From the human T2T-CHM13v2.0 reference genome, Homo sapiens, in assembly GCF_009914755.1 (NCBI RefSeq), contig NC_060941.1: a DNA stretch of 64,000 bases. The stretch is one strand, 5' to 3'. The stretch's first letter is position 1. Every line of letters begins with the position of its first letter. Of this stretch, positions 48,177 to 62,746 are shown one piece after another. The notes under the pieces are model-generated. The model had not been told where the DNA came from. It saw nothing but the letters and a program-made list of their open reading frames with translations, and ran no database searches. A program made the position numbers and the translations under genes.

Positions 48177-48277
48177 CTGAGTGATAGAGCCCCGTAGGGA
48201 TGGAATGCTCTCCACTGAAATTTTGCTGGTTGGAGTTCCCCGAGTTATACTTCCTTCTTGTATGGCTCCTGCGGTAC
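48177..48277 (-). CDS. NCOR1: NCOR1 exon ~26 (TAGAIQEGSITRGTPTSK...RGSITQ)
   Basis: 101 nt, attcag/gttagt boundaries, phase 1-0. Confidence 0.95.
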
Positions 48278-48620
48278 CTGAATACAAACAAAGCTATTAG
48301 CAAATTACACCCCCAGCCCCTGCCCCAAAACATAAAAAAACAGCCCCTACTTGGGAGAGTACTCAACTAAGAAGAAAAGAAAAAAGCAGCACAAAACCCA
48401 TCATGTTTGTTTTATTAAAATGTACTTCCAAAATAATACTAAAGAACTGCTGAAACATGGAACTTCAAGGTTTTAAAATGACTTTTACATGGAAAGAAAA
48501 CAAATTTAGAATTTAAAGACTATAGTTAAAAAAGCCCATCATTAAAATATATTAATAACTTACTTTAATAAATTTATTGGGGACAAAAGTTTAACATTTC
48601 TGCCAACCAGCATATTTTAC

Positions 48621-48722
48621 CTCTGACTACACCTTCATGTTGGGCCCTGACCAACAGACCCTCAGGTTGTGAGTTTTGGCTTCGGGGAGAAAATTCTTCC
48701 TGCTTGATGTAGGGCAAAGTAG
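48621..48722 (-). CDS. NCOR1: NCOR1 exon ~25 (TLPYIKQEEFSPRSQ...HEGVVR)
   Basis: 102 nt, ccacag/gtaaaa boundaries, phase 1-1. Confidence 0.95.
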
Positions 48723-48819
48723 CTGTGGAAAGGCAGAGAAACATGAAACAATCCAGTACTAAATTACTGGCTGTGATGCTACAAACGTAGATGCATTATG
48801 ACTGTATTAACTCACTGAC

Positions 48820-48940
48820 CTGATTTGGCAGATTCCTGTTGCCGTGGCAGTCCAAGAGAGATAGATCCCACTGACGGCTTGGGTGTTTCTTGAGTGTAGG
48901 AAGCCTGATTATGAGAAGTCAAATAAGTGCCTGGTGTTCC
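48820..48940 (-). CDS. NCOR1: NCOR1 exon ~24 (GTPGTYLTSHNQ...VGSISLGLPRQQESAKS)
   Basis: 121 nt, tcttag/gtcagt boundaries, phase 0-1; followed by a 97-nt intron. Confidence 0.95.
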
Positions 48941-50644
48941 CTAAGAAAAAAACAAAAAAAAATTTAAAGATTAAGCAAACATTGTTTTTTTCACAAGGTC
49001 AATTTCACAAAGTCAGCATTCCCATTTCTGTTTAAAAAAAAAAAAAATTATACCCCTTCTACCCAAAACCAAGAATAGTTTTTGTAAAGCAAGAAAATCT
49101 TCATCGTAGATTGCTTAAATATAAAAAAAATTTTAAAGGGAGTAGGATATGTCTTCTAAAATTACCATACATTACATGTAAATAGTATTTACTATTAATA
49201 AATTACATAAATAAAGCACTTATATGTTGCAATCAAAATGTAAGCTACTATTATTAATATTCATTCCGACTAAAAATGCTATGGAGAGTGGTATCAGCAA
49301 ATACAGCAAAGTAATAAGGACTTCCAAAAACTCTCTTCCATAAAAGCAACAAGAAAACCTGGAAAAATTTTAAGAATCAACCTTTTTTTTTCTTTTCTTT
49401 TCTTTTGTTTTTTTTGTTTTCTTTTTGTTTTTTTTTTTGAGACAGAGATTTGCTCTATCACCCAGGCTGGAGTGCAGTGGAGCAATCTCGGCTCACTGCA
49501 ACCTCCGCCTCCCAGTCTCAAGCAATGTAAGAATCGACTTTTAAAGAACCCTGGAAATTAACCAAAGGCTTGTAGAAATCTGGAAATATTTATTTAAAAA
49601 AAAAAAAAAAGCTGAATCTAGGTAAAAACAGGTAAAAACAATGGGCTTTGTGGCATTTTAACTTGTTCCATTCTCATTCTCCTGATCAAACTCTATGGAA
49701 GTGTTGAAAACCAAAAGCACTCAATCATAGTGCAAACCTATGGTGGCTGCCTGGCAGCCACTAGAAGGGAAAGAGCAAGGATGGAGCTCCTTAAAAGCCT
49801 CATTCCCAGATAACTGTCATTGTTTGACTTCTCTGTTGGTTCTCTGGGAGACTCCATTCACAAAGCTGTCTTTATTTGACCTGACTGGAGTGGGAGAGGA
49901 GGTGCAGACTTGTCAAAAACAATCAGAGGCAACTGATTAACTTCTCCACTGCCTGAGACAGTAGATAACAGCCAGGGTAAACAACAGGCTAACCAAAACA
50001 CTTAAAAGGAAAAGCCAGGGAATGAGATGTTCATGGGGTCTGAAAAACTCCAACATATTCCCTAGAACCTAGAATGCTACATGCATGTGCAAGGCTATGA
50101 ATATGCCTAGGAAAGACATGGGAAGGCCCCACTGCTCTCAACTTAGGCTGCCCTTAAGGCTCTGCACGCCAGGAAGTAAAGACTAAGGCAAAGCTGTTAA
50201 GTGCCCAACACATAAAGAGCACCCCTCAGCAAAGGCTGATTTTACTGATTTTAGACATTTAAGGAAATGTCTGTCTAATCATTAGCTGATCACTAAGTTA
50301 ATCAGACTTCAGTGGCTACACACAACAAATAATACAGACTTTACAGAATTAGTTAAGAAAAGTCACTAAGCAAATAATAACAGCCAAAAGAAACAACAAG
50401 CTCTGAAAAGAAAAGTGGGGGTGGGGGGGATCCAAGTTCCAGAGTTGCTACATTATACAAAATGTCCAGTTTTTGACCAAAAATTATAAGATACGCAAAG
50501 AAACATGAAAGTGTGAGCCATACATATGAAACAGAGCAGGGAACAGAAAATATTCCTGAGCTTTGGGCTCAGGAATAAAGACTTTAAATCAGCTATTATA
50601 AATGTATTCCAAGAACTAAAATAAACCATGTCTAAATTAAAGGA

Positions 50645-51590
<946 letters not shown>

Positions 51591-51781
51591 ATTTAAAGGA
51601 ATCAAATAGCCAAATATAAATCAAACAAAACACATACAAATCTCTAAAGTGAAAACTTTAAAGCGCTGCTGAGAGATATAGATATACAAGTTCATAGATT
51701 AGAAGATTCGATGTAAGATTTCCATTTCTACCTCAAATTGATCTATAGATTTAATACAATCCCAACAAAAATCCCAGCAGA

Positions 51782-52169
51782 TGGGTGGTTCATGGTTTTT
51801 TTTTTTTTTTGGTCTTTTAAACCTTAAACTATAATTTGAAGCATTCTCAGATGTTTGGGGGGAAACATCCTCGTAAAATAGTTCCCTATGCTCGCCTTCT
51901 GGGGAGGCAGTGCTGAGCAGGTGAATCGTAAAGCATTTATGCATATGTTAAATGCTCACTGCACCCACCTCTTCCCCACAACCTTTGCCTCTTGGGTGGT
52001 TTGTGCTACTTTCCCCTTACTTTGCTACATTTCTACAGTTAAGTTGGTTTTACTTAAATGATTCATGTTTGGGGGGGGAAATAAACATCACCCTTAAAAC
52101 ATGTTTCAACTCCTGCAAATAAAATAAATGAAGTGGCGAAAGAAAAGAAAAAAAAAGAGAAGAGAAGAG
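51782..52169 (+). pseudogene. 5'-truncated retrocopy consisting of an mRNA 3' UTR end only (parent not established)
   Basis: Non-repeat-like insert with overlapping AATAAA (52118, 52123), A-rich tail 52139-52169 and flanking direct repeat atcccagcaga (51771, 52170), interrupting an L1. Confidence 0.75.
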
Positions 52170-52215
52170 ATCCCAGCAGAATTTTTTTTCTTTAAGTAGA
52201 CTGACAAACAGATTG

Positions 52216-52657
52216 TTTCTGCCTCTGCTGCTGCCAGGTGCCCATGAAAAAGTGGGGGCAAAAAAAGAAAAAAAGCAGGTTCTGAAGTATACCCTTGACT
52301 GGATCTACCCCGCAGATGATGCTGCCAATTGTGAGCAGTTTCTCCAAGACAGAATTAAAGTGAATGGAAAAGCTGGGAATCTTGGTGGAGGGGTAGTAAC
52401 TATTGAAAGGAGCAAGAACACAAGCACCGTAACTTCTGAGGTGCCTTTTTCCAAAGGGTATTTGAAATAGCTCATCAAAAAATATCTGAAGAATAAGCTA
52501 TGTGATTGGTCGTGCGTAGCTGCTAATAGCAAAGAGAATTTCGGATTGTGTTACTTCCAAATTAACCAGGACAAAGAGAAGGAAGATGAGGATTATAACT
52601 CATTTACCTGGAATGTTTTGTATGAGTTCTTGAATAAAACTTGGGAACCAAAAAAAG
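52216..52657 (+). pseudogene. Processed pseudogene of ribosomal protein RPL22
   Basis: [10 protein letters not shown]...[26 protein letters not shown]...SEVPFSK matches RPL22; start lost, premature TAG at 52468, AATAAA at 52633, short A-tail. Confidence 0.95.
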
Positions 52658-54493
52658 GGGGGAGACAGACATTGATAAGCTGATTATATAATTTATATGA
52701 AAATGCAAAAGACATCAAATAGTCAAAACAATCTTGAAAAACAAAAACACTGAAGACTTATACTACATGATTTCAGGACTTACAATAAAGCTACAGTAAT
52801 CAAGACTGTGGTACTGACAAAACGATGAACAAGTAGATCAGTGGAACAGCATGGAGACAGTGCAGAAACAGACCCATATATACTGTCAAATGATTTCTAA
52901 CAAAGGAACTGAAGCGATCAAATGAGTAAAAGACGTTTCAACTGGTGCTATTTTTCAACTAGAAATTTAAATAAAGATGAATGTTAATCCTGACCTCATA
53001 CTATACACAAAAATTAATTTGAGACTGGTCACATGCCTCAATATAAAAGCCAAAATTATAAAGCTTTCAGAAGAAAACACAGGCGAATATCTCACAACCT
53101 TGGAGCAGGCCAAGATTTCTTAGCAAAATAAAACTAATCATAGGAGAAAAAAGTGTGTATATATATTTAGACTATATAAAAATTTGAAACTTCTCATCAA
53201 AATACCAGTAAGAAAATAAACAGACAAAAAACAGAGAAAATATTTGTAATACATATATCTAACAGAGAACTTTCAACCATAATAAAGATCTACAACACAG
53301 TATCAAAAAGACCCAGTAGAAACAGATAATCAGACTTAAATAGTCACTTCATAGGTGTACAAATGGCCAATAAGCACATGAAAAGTGCCCAACATTGTTT
53401 GTTTTCAGGGAAATGTAAAATACAACCACAATAAGATATTACTACACACCAAGTATGACTAAAATGACCAAGACTTGACAACAGCAAATGGAGCAATCAC
53501 GTCTCATACATTGCTAGTGGCAGCATAAAATTGTAGAACCATTCTGGAAAAGTATAAAACATACACAAACCTAGTAATTCCACTCCCAGGTAATTGTACA
53601 AGAAAAATAAAAACATATGTCCACAAAGAACCCATTACAAGAATGACCAGCTTTATTCATAGCTGCCAAAAACTGGAAATAGCTCAGGTTTTCATCAACA
53701 GGAGAATGGATAAACAAACTGGTATTACTCAGCAATAAAAAGGAAGAAACTACTGATTACATAAAACCCTGGATGAATTCCCTAAAACCATTATGCTGGG
53801 TTAAAGAAGACAGACACAAAAGAGTACACCATGTTTGATTCCATTCACAGGAAGTTCTAGAAAAGGCAAAACTAATCTACAACAACAGGAAATCAAATAG
53901 TGGTTGCTTCAGGCAGTGGAAGGGGAGATGGCCTGGGAAGGAACATGAGAAAACTTTCTGAAGTGATGGAAGTGTTCAATAAGTTGACAGGGGTGTGACC
54001 ACTGATGTACAGTTAGTCAAAACTGATGGAACTGTGAAGACCAGACCATATCTCAATTTTTTAAAAAGTAATGAACCAGAAAAAAGATTTAGTGGCCAAA
54101 GTCAGAATAAATTATAATACTAACCACCTACAATTTAATATTTTGAGCCTTTACCATATGTTAGTGAACAAATATTCTACTGTTTGAAACTAAGTTTAAA
54201 ACTTGGTAAGTTTAGAGTGATGTAAATTAAACCAAGTGGTATGCCAAGTGCCAAGTGTAATTAAATGGGTGGTATGTTATGACCACTCAATCTGGGTACA
54301 TAACTCACTGAAAGTTCTGATTTGTGGCAAGAGTACAGTGACTGCTGCATCTTCTGGTCATTATCTCTTGAAACTTCATATTCAGACAGATTATTATTTA
54401 TTACAACTCTGACAAATCAGTGCGAGGAGGGAGGACAAGTTTTAACAAAGCCATATTCAACAAGAAATCTACTGTAAAGAGAAGTCGTTTCAC

Positions 54494-54654
54494 CTGTGAG
54501 ATGGAGCCTCCCATTATAAAAGATGGTTTTTCTGAAGCCACTGTGGTTTTGGATGACGGGATGAGAGGGGGCGGTGGCCTGGTTGGTCGAGTTGTCGGAA
54601 GCCGAACGCCTTCAGGGAGATTAGTTATCACTTGATGTGGAGCAGGCTGAAGGA
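54494..54654 (-). CDS. NCOR1: NCOR1 exon ~23 (LQPAPHQVITNLPEG...RPPPPLIPSS...MGGSISQ); PPPLI MYND-binding motif
   Basis: 161 nt, ttaaaag/gtgaaa boundaries, phase 1-0. Confidence 0.96.
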
Positions 54655-55383
54655 CTTTTAAAAGGAAAGAAAAATGATTTTAAACTAGTCCATTTCCTAG
54701 TTTACAACATGTTACCTCTCTCAGTCATTCCTGAATTTTTAAATCACTAATTAAAAAATGTAAGATGAAACCAACAATGAACATTTCTATTTTAAATTTC
54801 TCATTCACGTAAGCCTGTATACATATTTGTCACAAATACTATTTGTGGGGTTGAAATATTCAACTCCCTTTCAAACCACAGCTTTCAAGCTGATGCTTAT
54901 TTCAAACTTCTGCTTAGCATAGCAAACATCAGTCTTCAAAAATTTTTTCTCTCTCGCCAATCACTCTTAGGGTACTTCTTAAAAACAGCTGATAACACTA
55001 CTTCAGAGAATGCGCAGACATGACTGACAACCAGTTATACATCCTTTTTGCATCTTGCATATTGAGAAACACTTACTGATTCTGGCTCTCACAGAACACT
55101 TGAATTTTGGGGATGGGGAGATCTCAAGACTTTTACAAATTCATGTACTCTTCTTAAAGGAAGAGCCAGTCAATGTCACAGTATAAATGTGTGAACACAA
55201 ATTTCCCAGTGGCCCAGTGAACTCAACTAAATACAACTGATGATGGAACGCAGAGAAACAAAGTCATTCTGAAACAGCAAGGACACGTCCTGGAAGAGCA
55301 GTTCATTCACGAGATTAAACCACCCACGTGGAACATCTGTGGGTGGATGGCCAGCAGCCACTGCACAGAGGAGTGATATTTAC

Positions 55384-55557
55384 CTGGCGGGACACTATAG
55401 CGGGCTGCACTCATATCAGGCTGTGGAGCGGCTTTACTGACTTCTCTTGGAGAAAGCCTACACGGTGAGGCTGACCTTGCTGCAGTATTGTGCATCTGTG
55501 CTTCCTGTTCTAGAGCACGTTTGACCTCAGCATAAGGCATATAGGCGACTGATTTTC
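55384..55557 (-). CDS. NCOR1: Putative NCOR1 in-frame cassette exon, 58 aa (GKSVAYMPYAEVKRALEQEAQMHNTAARSASPCRLSPREVSKAAPQPDMSAARYSVPP)
   Basis: ttcatag acceptor, CAG|gtaaat donor, 174 nt, phase 1-1 matching the host intron, no stop, coding-like GC/CpG content in an AT-rich intron. Confidence 0.8.
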
Positions 55558-58500
55558 CTATGAAAGTTAAAGTTATCAAAATAAGGGAAGAACCCCAAAT
55601 TAAAATAGTAAGTGTGAAAGGACCAAGCCCACACCATCCAGGGGCTGATCCGACTATAACATTAAAGTCTAAAACTCCTGGGGGCAAAATTCACCCACAG
55701 AGAAGTTAAGAAATCCTGTAAATCTAAATCTCCTGTGTATCCTCAAAAATTCATTTACGAGTTTTCCCTTTAAAGGAAAAAGAACTTCTCTTTCCTCTTA
55801 AGGAGAATCAAGTGTTTTCACATGCAATAAAATCACAACAGGCAAACATCAGATTATCAAGCAATTCTGTTAATTCAAATCTGGCCTGACTGGAGGTTAT
55901 TAGCTTTGCGAGGATTTCACAAGTCTTATAATTAGCCTGTTGAAGCTCACTCCTTGCTAATATTCACAGAAATATATTTAATTAAGAAATGGAAGAAGCC
56001 TTTCAAAAGATGCAGATCAAACTAATTCAAAAATCCTACATAAGCTTATAAAAACCATGAATATAACTACAATAATACTAATGAAAATTACTTCTCATGT
56101 AAGTTATCTCCACATAAAGCATAAAGAAACTTTAAATATTTTAAAGGGCACGCCAGAAATGCAGTCATATTTAAGACTTTAAAATATATAGTTTCTTTTT
56201 AAAATGAAACATCTGTAATTTTTGAAAATCAAAAAAGCACAAAGTAAAACTCATTTGTAACCCTGACCACTTAGATTTGTAGCATTTTAATGTCTGTCAG
56301 AATAAATTCCCACTCATTTTATTTATTATTTTCATTACCTAGTTGTATCCATTTATCTTTCCAAGTAAATCTAAATTTAAAATCATTGAGTACTTCCTCT
56401 CAAAACAAAGAATAAATAGAATTTTCATTAGACTTGTATTAAATTTATGAATAAACAGGTGATGATATTTTATAATAATGAGTTTTCTAGTTGAGAAATC
56501 TTGTTTTTGTCAGATAGTTCCATCCCTTGCTTGTTAAAAATTATTCCTAGATATGTCATATTGGTAAGAAAACCATCTCTTTTATATATATGAGTTTATA
56601 TAAATAAACCTGATTACTGCAGACATACAGGAAAGATGCGGATTTCTGTGTAATAATTTTTTCTGAAAAACCTAATGAACTTTCCTTTTAGCTCTAATAA
56701 CTTTTCAGTTGATTCTTTTAGGCTTTCTAGGTGAATAATCTTATCCTGTAAATAATTTGTCTTTTCCCTTCAAATACCTAAACCTCTTATTTCCTTACTA
56801 CACTATCTTTTGTAAGGTGCTTTTAAAAATCAGAAACAATTACAAAAATATCAACTGATATTCAAGTGCTAGGCAGTGTGCATTACATACAATATCTATT
56901 TAGCCCTCAAGACCAATGTGATTATTAATACCATTTTACAGATGAGGAAACTGAGGCTCAGAAAAATCACATCTAATTGCCCAATCAAGGTCTACCAGCG
57001 ATTTTTTTAAAAGCAGTATAATTCCGGACCGTTAGCTCTAAACCACAGTGCAATAGTGTCTCACTAAAGGACTGGGTGTGGAATTTCAGATGTCTCTGGT
57101 GTATCCATCAAGACGATGGTACTTTTTCCTTCTTTGACATATTAATATAATGAATTAGAGTAAGTGTCCTAATACTGAGAAAACAGATTTATGAAATAAC
57201 CAACTCCAAAAGAAAATCACTTTCCTAGATAATTTAATATGATAATGTATTAAAAATCCAATGTCTGATTATTTTACCATTTCCAGTAAGTTTATAACTA
57301 TGTTTAAAAAAAAAAATCCACTGGTCATAGTAGTGGTTTTTTTTTTTTTTTAAATGATGGAAATTGGATGGTTCTAAACACAGCTATCTACATCACCATG
57401 TACCCAGAGCAGGAAAAGAAAAACAGCAACAGCAACAAAATAAACATGCAACAAACTAGGGTCAGTTACATAGAAGCATTAACTCTTATTTTAATTGGAT
57501 AATTTTGTTAAATTTGCATTAGAAGTTCAATTCTAACTCTACCTCCATATGCTTAAGTTTGAGTTCCTTCACTGTAGAAAAGAGGCTTAAAAGTTATCAG
57601 TAAAGCAGAGGTCAACTCGTATAAATGTTACTGGTAAGTGAAAACAATTCTCTAAGGTTTTTTTTCAACCTTTTCTACAGATGGGAAAAGCTTTAAGCAA
57701 CTTAAAACAGGCATACCTACAGTAATTATTTATACCATTCACATTAAGAGAAATAAATACAACCAAATAGTTGGACAACAAGTGCTGCCTGTTACTTGCT
57801 AAAAGAGACCATGAAGGGAAAAGTAAAAACCATGGCCCTAATTCAGGTGGACTGTACCAATATTTGGTGATACTTTATACATAAATCCATACTATCACTA
57901 TTCTTCACATTCTATAAACTGTTCTATGAGGTTAAATTTAAACCATTTTTGTCAAACATTCTAGACACAAGCATCTTAACTGCAAACATTTAAATGTTAT
58001 TTGAAAGGTTATCCTATACACTGAACTACAGGATAGACTCAAGGAAAAACTTCTGGTACTTGTTAAACAAATTACAGGATGAATACACTAGGGAGATTAG
58101 CTAAAACAAAACAACCTTTGGATAAACTTGCCCTACTTTGTAGAGCATCACCTTCGACCAAACTGTAAAATTCTTAATGTCATACTAATCAAAAGTATAA
58201 TTACAATTTGATTTTAAGATGACTGAATTATGATTAAAAATTAGGATACCACTGAGATCTAAACCACGTGTAGTAATGTGACTAACACAGAGAAATACAA
58301 TTCACAGTTTGGAGTCTCAGAATTTGGGGCTCCAGCCTGGTTCAGTTTCTTCAGTTCCCAAATACAACTCATTTTATAAAGCAGACCAATAAAAGATATT
58401 GAGGCTTTAAAATTATGATATCCATATTTAAATGACCCAGATATTACTAACAATGATGTTATGCCTTGTCATAAGTTCAACAAATGATACCATCTGAATG

Positions 58501-60074
58501 TCATTTTTCTAACTTTTACTACTTCTTCACAAAATCTATCCTAAATAATAAATGTAAGGAATACATCCAGAGACTTTTATTCTCTAAAGTTTCATTTTCC
58601 ACTGACGGATTTCCTCATAATTCGAATGTTCAAAAGACAAACACCTGCGATGTCCATTAATACCCTGTAGTGAAACACGATAAGGATATCTCCATTATGT
58701 CATTCATTTATAATTCATTCCTTTAAGGTGTAATTACTGAGTACATGTTGTGTCAATTACAGAACTAGCGATTAAGAATTCCCTAGACCCAACAGAGTAA
58801 AAGCCTAAAAGTTATCAATATTTCTACCTTCATTCAAGGAAATATTCATTTAGCGCCTTTTATATTCCTTGGTGGATATTATCATTCTGGTTCACATTTT
58901 TCCTAGCACAAGATTTATGTTTAAAAATTAACAAGTTTAAATTTAAAACTCTAACATAAGAGGTTCAGTGTATTAGGCAACTAATAACTCAATATTGGTG
59001 TGATCTGGGCAGAGTCAGCAGGATCAGTTAAGTACCACAGTTCCTATTTTATATTAAATAACCCTTGGAATGCATGGCATTGTAAAGCTAATAGCTCTTA
59101 TTTAGCTAAATAAAGTACTGTAAAGAATCTTCTGAATCATTCAGACTATTTCAGTATTCTGATATTCTAAGCATATCGTAGCATATAAGTAGACTATAAA
59201 CTCATTCTTAACCAGAAACATGTGCCAATTCTTCTAACCATGTCAGAAGAATGTATTAAAACATAAAAACCACCCCTTTCTTCTTTTTTTAAAGAAAGTA
59301 AAAGTGTATCACACACCAACTAAAACAGCAACGGACCAACTCAAATCCATCACTTGAAATAAAAACAGTGATGTAACAATGAAAACAGGTACCTCCATAG
59401 TATCTACTGTGTATATACAGTACTAATACACTAATTAATATGTAATAACGTGCTACATTATACATAAAATAATGCAGAGCCACCTGTTATATAACAATAC
59501 CGAATGCTCCTTCCTTAACTTTACAACCACAGCAAGGTAGACGTGTACTATTATTTTCATTTTACAGATGAGAAAACTAAAGCTATGAAAGGTTAAGTGA
59601 CTTGCCTGTGGCCACACAGCTGGCAAATGCCAAGGTGAAGGCTTAGCCAGCGTCTGATTGGAAATATCCACTACACAAAGTTGTGTCTCTCATCTACCAG
59701 AGAATGTGAATATTACACTGTAATACTTGAAGGTGATTTGCTTCAAGGACAGGACAACAATTCTCACTCTGAAAATTCAGATGAACGGAACATAAAGCAT
59801 AACTTTATTTATAATGTCTTCCAGCACAAAGATGAATATCAGAAAATTCACATTAACTAGAATGCTATTAAAAATGTTACTGGCATCCTTTAGTAGTTAA
59901 TAATACTAACATTTCTTCATAGTTTAAGGTCAATTTAAGGAACTGTGTCTGTTAGGACAAATATAATAATCAGTTGGGAGGCTGACAACTTACAAAGCAC
60001 AATGGACACTGCTTTTGGGTTTAGCTTTATTTCCCTTCATAAAAGTTCTCTTGGTGATAGCTCTATCTACCTAC

Positions 60075-60270
60075 CTTCCCACTCTCTGTTTGGACTCTTG
60101 GATGTGCCACATGGACTTGTAGAACTTCTACATTCCAAATCTATCTGTTCTTGTCTCTGCCGCTGCTCCTCCAGGAGTGCTGACTCATGCATTGCTTTAA
60201 TGTGTCGCTGGTAGAGAGCATAGCCGCTCACTGGGGTTCCAATTGGTATGTTACATGGGGTGCAGGATAC
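60075..60270 (-). CDS. NCOR1: NCOR1 exon ~22 (VSCTPCNIPIGTPVSGYALYQRHIK...SPNREWE)
   Basis: 196 nt, cctatag/gtaggt boundaries, phase 0-1; translated by hand. Confidence 0.96.
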
Positions 60271-60391
60271 CTATAGGAAGAAAATAAATCGAAATATGCA
60301 AACAACCAATGTAATAATTGCCATCTCTTAACAAGTAATGTAATGCTTATTTCTGTCATGTTATTGGTTGAATTGATTTTATCATTTTTTA

Positions 60392-61381
<990 letters not shown>

Positions 61382-62117
61382 TGAAACTCCATTCTTCTTC
61401 AGTTGCTCTCCATTTTAGACATGGAACCCCAGGTGCTTCAGCCAGAAACCTGGCAGCCATCCTTGACTAATTAATCTCCTCCTCTCCCACAACCAACTCA
61501 TTCACATAGCCATTCCCTTAGGATAGAAATGGACTGTTCCTTAAGATAGGCCATCCATAACCATCCAATAAAACATGGTGATACCCTCCCTGTTTTCCTT
61601 CTCATTGAGGCCTGTTCACTGCTTTCACAGTACACAGTATTTGCCAGTTTGAAACTGTTTTATTTTTCTGTCTCTCTGACTTTATGAAGAAAATAACCCA
61701 AGATGTTTTGTCCAATACTTAAAAAAATAGCCCAGAACACAGTCCAGGATTAAATACCTCATGAATAACAAATATCCCTAGAAAGCCCTAGAGGTCTGAC
61801 TTTTTTTTAGAATCTGGTAACTTAAGACTTCCATAGTTTTTCCCCTAGCGTAAGTAGTATTATTCACTGATCCTAAAACCCATAACTTTCTTGCCTTTGT
61901 GCTTTGTCTTCCATATAAACATAGCTTTTCCTCCTTTTGCTATAACGCCAAATGAGCTGTTTTGATCCAATGAAAATATTATTTCTTATGCAGTCTTCTG
62001 TAAGTGTCTAATTAAGAAGACACTCCCTCTTCTCCAAAACATCCATAGTATTTTTTAACCTAATAGAGCATCGCATTTTAATTCATTTTAACCTTTACGA
62101 TAATTTTTTTTAATGCC

Positions 62118-62404
62118 TTTTTTTTGAGACAGTGTCTCGCTTTTTCACCCAGGCTAGAGTGCAGTGGTGCCATCTCACCTCACCACAACCTCAAACTCTC
62201 GAGCTCAAGGAATCCTTCCACCTCAGCCTCCCAACCACAGGCGCATGGCACCATGCGGAGCTAATTTTTTTTTGTTTTTTTTTGGAGAGACAGGGTTTCG
62301 CTATGTTGCCCAAGCTGGTCTTGGAACTCCTGCGGTCAAGTGATCCACCCACCTCGGCCTCCCAAAAGTGTTGGGATTACAGGCGTGAGCCACCACGCCC
62401 AGCC
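62118..62404 (-). mobile_element. AluJ-like
   Basis: Diverged reverse Alu. Confidence 0.88.
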
Positions 62405-62746
62405 TCTTTGCCTTATTATGCAGACCGGTCCATACGTTTTTTGAAATCAGAGGCTATAATATATAAATACTCTCCACAATATTAAGAACATTATCTTAAA
62501 CTAATCACTCAATAAATGTCCATTTGAATGAGTCAGTGAATGAACAAATGTTTAATGATCTTTTTGTGGTAAGTACACAATTAAAAACTTTTACCACTTA
62601 TTATTTGAGATAGAAAACACATTTTTGAATAAAGCAAGAGCTTTAAATATTTGAATAAATAGAAAATAACTAAAGAAAAGAACAAGGTCATTTTCTGGTG
62701 CCTAAAGAAAAATTGAGAGTGTTGGAGGTGTTCAAACAAGAGTGAC

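Noticed and set aside
57708-57720. caggcatacct resembling a Tigger1 TIR
   Set aside because: No partner TIR or internal Tigger sequence
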